Below, in pieces: positions 8,320 to 16,470 of a DNA stretch of 40,729 bases. Under the pieces are notes generated by a model. The model was not told the DNA's origin. It saw only the letters and a program-made list of their open reading frames with translations, and ran no database searches. The DNA comes from Solirubrobacterales bacterium (GTDB taxonomy: Bacteria; Actinomycetota; Thermoleophilia; Solirubrobacterales; 70-9), in assembly GCA_050996575.1 (NCBI GenBank), contig JBPCRS010000134.1, positions 1-40,729 on the forward strand. The letters are read 5' to 3'. The first letter of the stretch is position 1, and every line of letters starts with the position of its first letter. Both the position numbers and the translations under genes were made by a program.

Positions 8320-9018
8320 ATGGCGCCGACGCTGACACGCGCCGACATCGACCCCGAGGCGGTCGAGGCCGAGCTCGATGACGCCTCTCCCGAGGAGGCG
8401 CTGGGCTGGGCGGCCGAGCATTTCCCCAACCTCTCGATCGCCTGCTCGTTTCAGAAGACGACCTCGGTGACGATCGATATGGCGAGCCGCGTCGCCCCCG
8501 ACGCGCGCTTCTTCTACCTCGACACCGATGTCCTCTTCCCCGAGACCTCCGAGACCCGCGACCGCCTCGCCGAGCGCTACGGGATCGAGTTCGAGCGTGT
8601 CGCCGGGATCTCGCTCGACGAGCAGGCGCGCCTCTACGGCGACGCGCTCTGGGCGCGCCAGCCCGACGCCTGCTGCGGGATCCGCAAGGTCGAGCCGATG
8701 CGCGAAGCGCTGACCGGCGAGGTCGACTGCTGGGTCTCGGGCATCCGCCGCGCCGACTCGGTCAGCCGCGCCGGCGCGAAGAAGTTCGGCTGGGACGTCC
8801 GCTTCGGCCTCTGGAAGCTGAACCCGCTCGCCGATTGGACCGAGCGCGACGTCTGGAACCACATCTCCGAGCACCAGGTCCCCTACAACCCCCTGCACGA
8901 CCAGGGCTACCCGTCGATCGGCTGCACGCACTGCACGCGGCCACCGTCGGCGAACGGTGGCCCGCGCTCGGGGCGGTGGGCGAACGCCGACAAGAACGAG
9001 TGCGGGTTGAACGGCTGA
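8320..9018 (+). CDS. cysH: adenylylsulfate (APS) reductase, thioredoxin-dependent, Fe-S type CysH
   Basis: PAPS_reduct fold with Cys pair DACCGIRKVEP plus CTHCT (4Fe-4S ligand pattern of APS-type CysH) and C-terminal ECGLNG catalytic Cys motif. SD GAGGTGGAG lies just upstream of ATG 8320 (GTG 8311 is possible). Confidence 0.9.
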   Translation: MAPTLTRADIDPEAVEAELDDASPEEALGWAAEHFPNLSIACSFQKTTSVTIDMASRVAPDARFFYLDTDVLFPETSETRDRLAERYGIEFERVAGISLDEQARLYGDALWARQPDACCGIRKVEPMREALTGEVDCWVSGIRRADSVSRAGAKKFGWDVRFGLWKLNPLADWTERDVWNHISEHQVPYNPLHDQGYPSIGCTHCTRPPSANGGPRSGRWANADKNECGLNG

Positions 9019-9097
9019 GGGCTTTCCGGATCGCTACCCTTCCCGCCTTCGCTTTCCCAACCTCTTCGATCAAGAACCCCCTGACTGGAGCCGAACC

Positions 9098-10183
9098 TTG
9101 CCTGAGACCGACACCGCCCTCTCCCTCACCCTGAGCGCCCGCCAGACGGCGGACTTCGAGCTGCTCGCCAACGACGGCTTCGCGCCGCTCGAGGGCTTCA
9201 TGGGCTCCGACGACTGGCGGTCGACGGTCGAGGACATGACCCTCGCCGACGGCAGCGAGGTCTGGCCGATCCCGGTAACGCTCGCCACCGACCTCGACTG
9301 CGCCGAAGGTGACGTTGTCGAGCTCGCCGCCGACAACGGCAAGGCGCTCGGCCGGCTCACCGTCTCCGAGATCTTCGAGCGCGATGTCGAACGCGAGGCC
9401 GAGCAGGTCTACCGCACGACCGATTCAGAGCACCCGGGAGTCGCCGCGATCCGCGAAGAGGGCAACCGCTGCGTCGCCGGCAAGATCGAGGCCGACGCCG
9501 CTCCCGACCACGAAGAAGCGTTCATGCGCCGCTACCTGACCCCGGCCGAGTCGCGCAAGGAGTTCGCCGACCGCGGCTGGAACCGGATCGTCGCCTTCCA
9601 GACGCGCAACCCGATCCACCGCGCCCACGAGTACCTGACCAAGGCCGCGCTCGAGGTCTCCGACGGGCTCTTCCTGCACCCGCTGATCGGCGAGACGAAG
9701 AAGGGCGACATCCCCGCCGACGTGCGGATGCGCTGCTACGAGATCCTGATGGAGAACTACTACCCGAACGACAGGGTCGTGCTCGGCGTCAACCCGGCGG
9801 CGATGCGCTACGCCGGCCCGCGCGAGGCCGTCTTCCACGCCGTCGTCCGCCGCAACTATGGCGCGACGCACTTCATCGTCGGCCGCGACCACGCCGGCGT
9901 CGGCGACTACTACGGGACCTACGACGCGCAGAAGATCTTCGACGACATCGACATCTCGAAGCTCGGGATTGAGCCGCTGATGTTCGAGCACACCTTCTGG
10001 TGTCACGAGTGCGAGGGCATGGGCTCGGGCAAGACCTGTCCGCACGACGCCGAGTCGCGCCTCTTCCTCTCCGGGACCAAGGTCCGCGAGATGCTCGAAA
10101 AGGGCGAGAAGCCCCCGCACGAGTTCACCCGCGAAGAGGTTGCCGACATCCTGATCGACGCTTACTCAAAGGAGAACGACTGA
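9098..10183 (+). CDS. sat: sulfate adenylyltransferase (homo-oligomeric ATP sulfurylase)
   Basis: Motifs FQTRNPIHRAHEYL and GRDHAGVG. TTG start. Confidence 0.9.
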   Translation: MPETDTALSLTLSARQTADFELLANDGFAPLEGFMGSDDWRSTVEDMTLADGSEVWPIPVTLATDLDCAEGDVVELAADNGKALGRLTVSEIFERDVEREAEQVYRTTDSEHPGVAAIREEGNRCVAGKIEADAAPDHEEAFMRRYLTPAESRKEFADRGWNRIVAFQTRNPIHRAHEYLTKAALEVSDGLFLHPLIGETKKGDIPADVRMRCYEILMENYYPNDRVVLGVNPAAMRYAGPREAVFHAVVRRNYGATHFIVGRDHAGVGDYYGTYDAQKIFDDIDISKLGIEPLMFEHTFWCHECEGMGSGKTCPHDAESRLFLSGTKVREMLEKGEKPPHEFTREEVADILIDAYSKEND

Positions 10184-10184
10184 C

Positions 10185-10727
10185 ATGGGAGATTGGAAGG
10201 GCTTCACCCTCTGGATGACCGGGCTCTCGGGAGCCGGCAAGTCGACGATCTCCGACGTCGTCGTCGCCGACTTCGAAAAGCGCGGCATCCCGGTCGAGGT
10301 GCTCGACGGTGACGTCGTTCGCGAGAACCTCTCGAAGGGCCTCGGCTTCTCGAAGGAGGACCGCGACACCAACATCCGCCGGATCGCCTTCGTCGCCGAC
10401 CTGCTCTCGAAGAACGGCACGCCGGTGATCACCGCCGCGATCTCCCCCTATCGCGAGATCCGCGACGAGGCCCGCGAGCTGCACGGCGACCGCTTCGTCG
10501 AAGTCTTCATCGCGACCTCACTCGAGGACTGCGAGGCCCGCGACACCAAGGGCCTCTACGCGAAGGCGCGCTCGGGCGAGATCCCCGAGTTCACCGGCGT
10601 CTCCGACCCCTATGAGCCGCCGGAGAACGCCGAGCTCAACGTCGAGACCGCGGGCAAGACGCCCGAGGAGTCGGCACAGCAGATCCTCGATTACCTCGAG
10701 GAGAAGGGCTTGATCCCGGCTTCATAG
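10185..10727 (+). CDS. cysC: adenylylsulfate kinase
   Basis: P-loop GLSGAGKSTI, with LDGDVVRENL and ISPY motifs. The ATG is 1 nt after the sat stop. Confidence 0.92.
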   Translation: MGDWKGFTLWMTGLSGAGKSTISDVVVADFEKRGIPVEVLDGDVVRENLSKGLGFSKEDRDTNIRRIAFVADLLSKNGTPVITAAISPYREIRDEARELHGDRFVEVFIATSLEDCEARDTKGLYAKARSGEIPEFTGVSDPYEPPENAELNVETAGKTPEESAQQILDYLEEKGLIPAS

Positions 10728-10804
10728 CCGGGCCGCACTCGGCTTGCCGCTTCCGGCGAGCGCGAGGGTGGTCTACCGTTTCCCGTAGTGAACCGGGGAC
10801 GCGC

Positions 10805-10835
10805 AGGCGCATAGACAGAAATGTCTAGGCAGCGC
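10805..10835. terminator. hairpin with GAAA tetraloop in an AT-richer patch between convergent cysC and the nucleotidyltransferase gene
   Basis: GGCGC-a-TAGACA-GAAA-TGTCTA-ggca-GCGCC. No U-tract on either strand, so a terminator role is only a guess. Confidence 0.3.
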
Positions 10836-10860
10836 CAAAGGTAGGCCGCGCCGACCTGAG

Positions 10861-11364
10861 TCAGCTGTCGAGACCGGGGATCGGGTCGACTGGAAGCTCG
10901 CCATGGATCTCCTCGAGCGCGATGAGGTCGTTTCGATCGCGCGGGCGATCGGCAAGTCGTTTGAAGCCGACGATCGAGCGCAGACCGGCCACACGGAACT
11001 CGACTCCCCCGTAGTCAGCCGACATCGCCTGCTCCTCGACCGTTGCGTAATCGAGCGGAGGCAATCCGCCGCGCATGACGTCGACAAGGCCGGCATCGGT
11101 TCTCGCACGAAGGTGCGCGCGACCGATCAGGTGATCGTCGAGAAGTGGCGAGTCGTCCTGATGGCGGACGCCCCCGAGGTCGCTGAGCGCGGCGATCACT
11201 CGACGGTCGTTCTCGGAGTTGTCTGGGACCAACAGGTCGATGTCCTCGGTCGCACGAACAAAGCGGTTGGCGATCACCGAGAAGCCACCGACCACCACAA
11301 AGCGGGAGCCCTTTGCGACCAGTGCCTCGGCTGCGCGGTCGAGCTCAGGGTCGAGTGCGCTCAT
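10861..11364 (-). CDS. minimal nucleotidyltransferase (Pol-beta superfamily, MNT/AbiEii-like)
   Basis: 167 aa with the NTase signature VVGGFSVIANRFVRATEDIDLLV (G[GS]-x(9-13)-D-x-D). The start ATG overlaps the upstream small ORF by 20 nt. Confidence 0.65.
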   Translation of the reverse strand: MSALDPELDRAAEALVAKGSRFVVVGGFSVIANRFVRATEDIDLLVPDNSENDRRVIAALSDLGGVRHQDDSPLLDDHLIGRAHLRARTDAGLVDVMRGGLPPLDYATVEEQAMSADYGGVEFRVAGLRSIVGFKRLADRPRDRNDLIALEEIHGELPVDPIPGLDS

Positions 11365-11569
11365 CCGCCCGCTCGACGGCTCGCAGCAGCCCGGATGCCT
11401 GGGCAGAGAGGCGTTGTCCCCGGCGCAGCAACTCGCCGACCGGCGTATCCGCGGAAGGCGTCAATTGCCGTCGCTTTTCCACGTTGAGCCGGGCCCATTC
11501 GGCTTCGTGGCCGCGTTCCATCAGGGTGTGACGCTCGGAGCCGCTCACTCGACGAATGGTAGGCGGCAT
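11345..11569 (-). CDS. small hypothetical protein, candidate partner (antitoxin/regulator-like) of the nucleotidyltransferase
   Basis: 74-aa charged ORF with an ATG start. It overlaps the NTase start by 20 nt and begins 12 nt after the PHP gene stop. No family recognised. Confidence 0.4.
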   Translation of the reverse strand: MPPTIRRVSGSERHTLMERGHEAEWARLNVEKRRQLTPSADTPVGELLRRGQRLSAQASGLLRAVERADERTRP

Positions 11570-11581
11570 GGCGGCCTGAAT

Positions 11582-12406
11582 CTACGGCTTCACCGGGACC
11601 CGCGGCTGACCGAGCCCGTAGGTCTCGTAATCGCCCCAGACTGAAAACGTCTTATGGTCGGGGCCGTGGAAGTCGGCCGAGGCCGTCGGGACGAGGCCGA
11701 ACTCCTCGCAGAGCTCGAGGCAGTGGCGAGTCTGCTCTTAGGTGTGGGGCGGGTAGAAGGTCTCGATCCCGTCGAGGCCGACGTCGCGGACGAGGCTTTC
11801 GACCAGGTCTCGGACCTGCTCGGGCTCGGAAACGTCCCAGTAGGGGTGGGCGACGACGGCGACGCCGCCGGCCTCGTGGATCAGGTCGACCGCCTGCTCG
11901 GCGGTGGGCCACTTGCGCGAGACGAACGCCTTCGCGCCAGGGACGAGGTACTCCTCGAAGAAGGGGCTGAGGTCGGGGCCGGCGCCGGCCGCCTTGGCGA
12001 TGTGCGGGCGGCCGATCGCGTCGGCGGCGCCGGCCTTGGCGACTGCCTGCTCGAAAGTGACCTCCACCCCATGCTCGTTGAGCCGGGAGATGATCTCCTT
12101 TGCGCGGTCGACCCGCTCTTGCTGGGCTCGGTCGCATGCGGGCTGGATTTTCTCGAGGTCGATCCAGTAACCACAAATGTGGAGGTCCTCCGAGTACTTG
12201 TGTACGCACGACATCTCGACCCCGGGCACACATTCGATCCCGAGCTCGACCGCAGTCGCGATCGCCTCGGGAACGCCGGCAACACCGTCATGGTCGGTCA
12301 GCGACATCGTCGTCACCCCGGCCTTGGCGGCCGCGCGGACGACATCGGCGGGATCGAGCTCTCCGTCGGAGACCTTCGAGTGCGATTGCAGATCGATCAG
12401 GGTCAT
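11582..12406 (-). pseudogene. PHP-domain phosphoesterase (TrpH/YciV, COG0613-like) interrupted by an in-frame TAA
   Basis: ATG 12406 gives MTLIDLQSHSKVSDG...TDHDGV...GVEMS...VVAHP...GIETFYPPHT, then TAA at 11738-11740. The same frame continues EQTRHCLELCEEFGLVPTASADFHGPDHK... (last PHP metal motif) to TAG 11582-11584. Confidence 0.7.
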
Positions 12407-12491
12407 TGAAAAGGGGCTCGCGTTCGCCTCGCGGCGGCCGGATGCTAGCGATCGTCCGCACTTCTTGACCGCGATAGGCAAGAATGGGCGA

Positions 12492-12950
12492 ATGAGGATC
12501 ACAGCCAAAGCCGACTACGCGGTCAGGGCGACGCTCGAGCTCGCCGCCGCACCGAACGGCGAGCCGGTCAAGGGCGAGCGCCTCGCCGACGCCCAGGCGA
12601 TCCCGCTGCAGTTCCTCGAGCACATCCTGCTCGACCTCAAGCACCACGAGCTGGTCAAGGCCAAGCGCGGCATCCGGGGCGGCTACTGGCTCGCTCGCAA
12701 GCCCGAGGAGATTACGATCGCCGACGTGATCCGGGCGGTCGAGGGCCCGCTCGCGAACATCCACGACGTCTCCCCCGAGGCGACCGAGTACCCGGGGAAC
12801 GCGGCGCGCCTTCGCGACGTCTGGGTCGCGGTCCGGGTGAACCTGCGTGGCGTGCTCGAGAACGTCACCCTGGCCGACGTGAGCACGGGCGATCTGCCGG
12901 AATCGATCACCCGGATGCTCGACTCAGAAGACGCCTGGGAGCCGCGCTAA
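12492..12950 (+). CDS. Rrf2 family transcriptional regulator
   Basis: MRITAKADYAVRATLELA...IPLQFLEHILLDLKHHELVKAKRGIRGGYWLARKPEEITIADVIRAVEG is a typical Rrf2 wHTH. It is divergent from the PHP gene. The listed ORF start 12177 is an extension. Confidence 0.85.
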   Translation: MRITAKADYAVRATLELAAAPNGEPVKGERLADAQAIPLQFLEHILLDLKHHELVKAKRGIRGGYWLARKPEEITIADVIRAVEGPLANIHDVSPEATEYPGNAARLRDVWVAVRVNLRGVLENVTLADVSTGDLPESITRMLDSEDAWEPR

Positions 12951-13060
12951 CCGCTGCTACCCTTGCCTGCTCACTCTCTCGACTAACAAGGTCAAGAAGT
13001 GGCCTGACGCCCCGACCACCGCCCGCCGCGCGAACCGCCGCGGGCCGCAGACAAAGCGCG

Positions 13061-13978
13061 ATGGATCCAGCACTCATCTTCTTCGGCCTCGGCATCGGCA
13101 TGCTCGTCGGCATGACCGGTATGGGCGGTGCATCGCTGATGACGCCGCTCTTGATCCTCGTCTTCGGGATCTCACCGGTGACCGCGATCGGCACCGACAT
13201 CTTCTACGCGGCGGTGACGAAGACCGTCGGCGGCTATCAGCACCTGAAGCTGAAGACGGTCCACCGCGGCCTCGCCTTCTGGCTCGCCGTCGGCAGCGTG
13301 CCGTCGGCAATTCTCGGCGTTTACGTGATCGAGCTCCTGCAGCGCAACTACGGCGAGGAGGGCCTCGACAAGCTGGTCCTCGGAATGCTCGGCGGGGCGC
13401 TGCTCGTCGTCGGAGTCGCGACCTTGCTGCGCGCAGTCTTCTTCAAGGACGTGATCCAGGAGCGCTCGTCGATGCACCTCTACCGGCGCCACATCATCGC
13501 CGCGGTGATCACCGGCATGGTGACCGGTTTCGTCATCGGCCTGACCTCTGCCGGCAGTGGCACGCTGATCGCGATCGCCCTGATCGCGATCTTCAGGCTG
13601 ACGCCGCGACGGGTGGTCGGCACCGACATATTTCACGCCGCCGTCCTGCTTTGGGCCGCAGGGATCGCCCACTGGGTCGGCGGCAACATCGACTTCGTCC
13701 TTGCCGGCAACATCCTGCTCGGCTCGGTGCCCGGCGTGCTGATCGGCGGGATGCTCTCGGTGAAGGCGCCGCAGGCATTTCTGCGCCGCGCCCTCGCCGT
13801 CGTCCTGATCGCATCGGGCACCACCCTGGTGGTCAAGGAGGGGGAGCCCAGCGTCGTAATCCCGGCGATCCTGATCGCCTCGGTGATCGTCGGCTCGCTC
13901 TTCGGCGCTCAGGTGATCTCGCAGCGGCGGTTGAAACGGGGCGGGCGGGCGGGGCCGCCGGCCGCCGCGGCGCCGTAG
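13061..13978 (+). CDS. TauE/SafE (TSUP) family sulfite/sulfonate exporter-like membrane protein
   Basis: Multi-TM protein with [26 protein letters not shown] and the second half-repeat [16 protein letters not shown]...VGTDIFH, typical of DUF81/TauE. Confidence 0.85.
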   Translation: MDPALIFFGLGIGMLVGMTGMGGASLMTPLLILVFGISPVTAIGTDIFYAAVTKTVGGYQHLKLKTVHRGLAFWLAVGSVPSAILGVYVIELLQRNYGEEGLDKLVLGMLGGALLVVGVATLLRAVFFKDVIQERSSMHLYRRHIIAAVITGMVTGFVIGLTSAGSGTLIAIALIAIFRLTPRRVVGTDIFHAAVLLWAAGIAHWVGGNIDFVLAGNILLGSVPGVLIGGMLSVKAPQAFLRRALAVVLIASGTTLVVKEGEPSVVIPAILIASVIVGSLFGAQVISQRRLKRGGRAGPPAAAAP

Positions 13979-14000
13979 GGACGAAAGCGGATCACATACG

Positions 14001-14108
14001 ATGGCGTTCAACTGCGCCGCTCCGGACGCCGGCAACATGGAGATCCTCGTCGACCACGCCACCAACGAGCAAAAGGAAAGGTGGCTGGAGCGCCTAGTCC
14101 GAGCTCGA
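14001..14108 (+). pseudogene. orphan internal fragment of an acyl-CoA dehydrogenase gene
   Basis: ATGGCGTTCAACTGCGCCGCTCC...GGCAACATGGAGATCCTCGTCGACCACG...GAGCGCCT closely matches 15429-15533 of the intact ACAD ([18 protein letters not shown]...QKERWLERL). It is fused directly to the TauE downstream spacer. Confidence 0.7.
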
Positions 14109-14836
14109 TGACCACCGTTCCCGGCGCCCCCCTGCCGGGGCGCTTCAACCGAGACCGGCCCGCCGTGCAGGACCTGTCTCGGCGCTCGCATCCGCTCTGG
14201 TACATCCTGCGCCGGCTGCCCGCGGCGATCGAGGCGCTCGCCCCGATGCTCGAGCTGCGGCCGGGATCCCGGGTTCTCGACTACGGGTGCGGAGCCGCCC
14301 AGTACCGCTCGCTCGCGCCCGAAGGATGTCAGTACGTCGGCGCCGACCTCCCCGGCAACCCCGAGGCGAGCGTCGAGCTCTCGCCCGACGGCCGGCTCCC
14401 CGTCGAGGACGCGAGCTTCGACGCGCTGCTCTCGACCCAGGTGCTCGAGCACGTCACCGACCCCGAGCTCTATCTGGCCGAGAGCGCCCGAGCATTGCGG
14501 CCTGGAGGCCGGATGCTGCTCTCCACCCACGGGATCATGGTCTTTCACCCCGACCCCGCCGACCACTGGCGCTGGACCTGTACCGGGCTACAGCGCGTCG
14601 TCGCCGACGCGGGGTTCGAGGTCGAGCGCTTCGAGGGCGTCGTCGGGCTGACCGCGACCGGCCTGCAGCTCTTCCAGGACGGGCTCCTCGGCCGGGTGCC
14701 GGCAGCCGCGCACGGGCCGGTGGCATTCGTGCTCCAGCGCCTCGTCGCGCTCGCCGACCGCTTCGACAGCGAGGAAAGCCGCCGCTACAACGCGCACGTC
14801 TTCGCCCTCGTCGCCAGGCGCTGCTCGTCGTCATAG
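14108..14836 (+). CDS. class I SAM-dependent methyltransferase
   Basis: Motif [12 protein letters not shown], then [12 protein letters not shown] and [10 protein letters not shown]. Start ATG 14108 (GTG 14081 lies in the ACAD fragment). The last codons and the stop lie inside the TauE-derived repeat. Confidence 0.75.
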   Translation: MTTVPGAPLPGRFNRDRPAVQDLSRRSHPLWYILRRLPAAIEALAPMLELRPGSRVLDYGCGAAQYRSLAPEGCQYVGADLPGNPEASVELSPDGRLPVEDASFDALLSTQVLEHVTDPELYLAESARALRPGGRMLLSTHGIMVFHPDPADHWRWTCTGLQRVVADAGFEVERFEGVVGLTATGLQLFQDGLLGRVPAAAHGPVAFVLQRLVALADRFDSEESRRYNAHVFALVARRCSSS

Positions 14837-15143
14837 TCGCGACCCTGCTGCGCGCCGTCGTCTTCAAGGACGTGATCCGAGCGGCTCGGCGATGCACCTC
14901 TACCGGCGCCACATCACCGCCGCGGTCCTGCTTTTCGGTGCACGGGGTGCTGCTCGGTGTGCTGCTCTCGGTGAAGGCAGCGCAGGCTTCCCTCGCCGTC
15001 GTCCTGATCGCCTCGGTGATCGTCGGCTCGCTGTTCGCCGCCCAGGTGATCTCGCAGCGGCGGTTAAAACGCGGCGGGCGGGCGGTGCCGCCGGCCGCCG
15101 CGGCGCCGTGGGGACGACGGCGGATCACGTAGGCTGAGGGCCG
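14818..15143 (+). pseudogene. degenerate remnant of the TauE/SafE 3' half plus downstream spacer
   Basis: Long identical runs with 13397-14000 (e.g. GATGCACCTCTACCGGCGCCACATCA, CTCGGTGATCGTCGGCTCGCT, CAGGTGATCTCGCAGCGGCGGTT, GGCCGCCGCGGCGCCGT) with internal deletions and a broken frame. Confidence 0.75.
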
Positions 15144-16412
15144 ATGGACTTCGATCTCAGCCCGCGCTGCGAGGAGCTACTCGAGCGGATCCGCGCCTTC
15201 CAGGATGAGCACGTCTATCCGATCGAGGCGGAGGCGATGCGGGCGCTTGACGATGAGGTCAAACCTGGAGTCGCCTATCCGGAGATCCTCGTCGACGTCC
15301 GCGAGCGTGCCAAGTCCGAGGGCCTTTGGAACCTCTTCCTCGCCGAGGAGGAGCACGGCGCCGGCCTGACCAACTGGGAGTACGGCGCCCTCTGCGAGGA
15401 GATGGGCCGCAGCCCCGCAATCGCGCCGATGGCGTTCAACTGCGCCGCTCCCGACACCGGCAACATGGAGATCCTCGTCGACCACGGCACCGACGAACAA
15501 AAGGAGCGTTGGCTCGAGCGCCTGCTCGAGGGTGAGATCCGCTCCTGCTTCTCGATGACCGAGCCCGAGGTCTCGGGTTCGGACCCGACGACGCTTCAGA
15601 CCCGCGCCGAGCTCGACGGCGACGAGTGGGTACTGAACGGCCACAAGTGGTTCACCTCGGGCGCGGTCGGCGCCTCGCTCGCGATCGTGATGTGCGTTAC
15701 CGATCCCGACGCCCACCCCTACGCGCGGGCGAGCATGATCCTCGTCGGAGTCGACAACCCCGGCTTCAACCTGATCCGCCCGGTCCCGGTGATGGGCCAC
15801 GACGGGGGACCCGGTCACTGCGAGATTCGCTACGAGGACTGCCGCGTCCCAGCCTCCAGCCTGCTCGGCGAGCGCGGCACCGCCTTCGTCATCGCCCAGG
15901 ACCGCCTCGGGCCCGGACGCATCCACCACTGCATGCGCGCGATCGGCACCGCCGAGCGGGCGATCGAGATGATGTGCGAGCGCGCCAACTCACGCGAGGC
16001 GTTCGGCGGCAAGCTCGCCGAGAAGCAGTTCATCCAGGACTTCATCGCGCTCAGCCGGATGGAGGTCGACCAGGCCCGACTGCTGACTTTCTCGGCGGCG
16101 TGGACGATGGACACCGCCGGCAAGCGCGCCGCGCGGCAGCAGATCTCGATGATCAAGGTCGTCGCGGCGAACATGGTCATGGACGTGCTCGACCGCGCGA
16201 TCCAGACTCATGGTGCGCTGGGCATGTCGGACGACACGCCGCTGGCGAGCATGTGGCGGTACAGCCGGATGTTGAAGGTCGCGGACGGGCCGGATGAGGT
16301 GCACAAGATGGTGATTGCGCGACGAGAGTTGAACCGCTCCGCAAAGAAGCTGCAAGGCGAGGGCGAGTCCGCCGAGCCCTCCGCGCTGACCCCGGCGGCG
16401 ACGGCGAGCTAG
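15144..16412 (+). CDS. acyl-CoA dehydrogenase (ACAD10/11-like FadE)
   Basis: 422 aa with ACAD N, middle and C domains: CFSMTEPEVSGSDP, WFTSGA, QTHGALGMSDDTPLA. Confidence 0.9.
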   Translation: MDFDLSPRCEELLERIRAFQDEHVYPIEAEAMRALDDEVKPGVAYPEILVDVRERAKSEGLWNLFLAEEEHGAGLTNWEYGALCEEMGRSPAIAPMAFNCAAPDTGNMEILVDHGTDEQKERWLERLLEGEIRSCFSMTEPEVSGSDPTTLQTRAELDGDEWVLNGHKWFTSGAVGASLAIVMCVTDPDAHPYARASMILVGVDNPGFNLIRPVPVMGHDGGPGHCEIRYEDCRVPASSLLGERGTAFVIAQDRLGPGRIHHCMRAIGTAERAIEMMCERANSREAFGGKLAEKQFIQDFIALSRMEVDQARLLTFSAAWTMDTAGKRAARQQISMIKVVAANMVMDVLDRAIQTHGALGMSDDTPLASMWRYSRMLKVADGPDEVHKMVIARRELNRSAKKLQGEGESAEPSALTPAATAS

Positions 16413-16470
16413 CCAGAGCTCGGTGAGCGTTCTGGCGCCCTCCGCCGGGGCGATTCCGTGCGTCCGGCGC

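Noticed and set aside
6081-8429. 782-aa ORF on the minus strand antisense to the sulfite reductase. Similar long antisense or alternate-frame ORFs occur at 24..902 (-), 2936..3967 (-), 13172..14566 (-), 19610..20731 (+), 33082..34254 (-) and others.
   Set aside because: Typical high-GC shadow ORFs. They are Arg/Ala/Gly/Pro-rich and low-complexity, have no family motifs, and fully overlap strongly supported genes on the other strand or frame.
12407-12491. TTGACC (12465-12470) as a -35 box for the Rrf2 gene, and possible operator palindromes in the PHP/Rrf2 divergent region.
   Set aside because: No -10 element lies at a workable spacing and no convincing inverted repeat was found by eye. The evidence is too weak to annotate.
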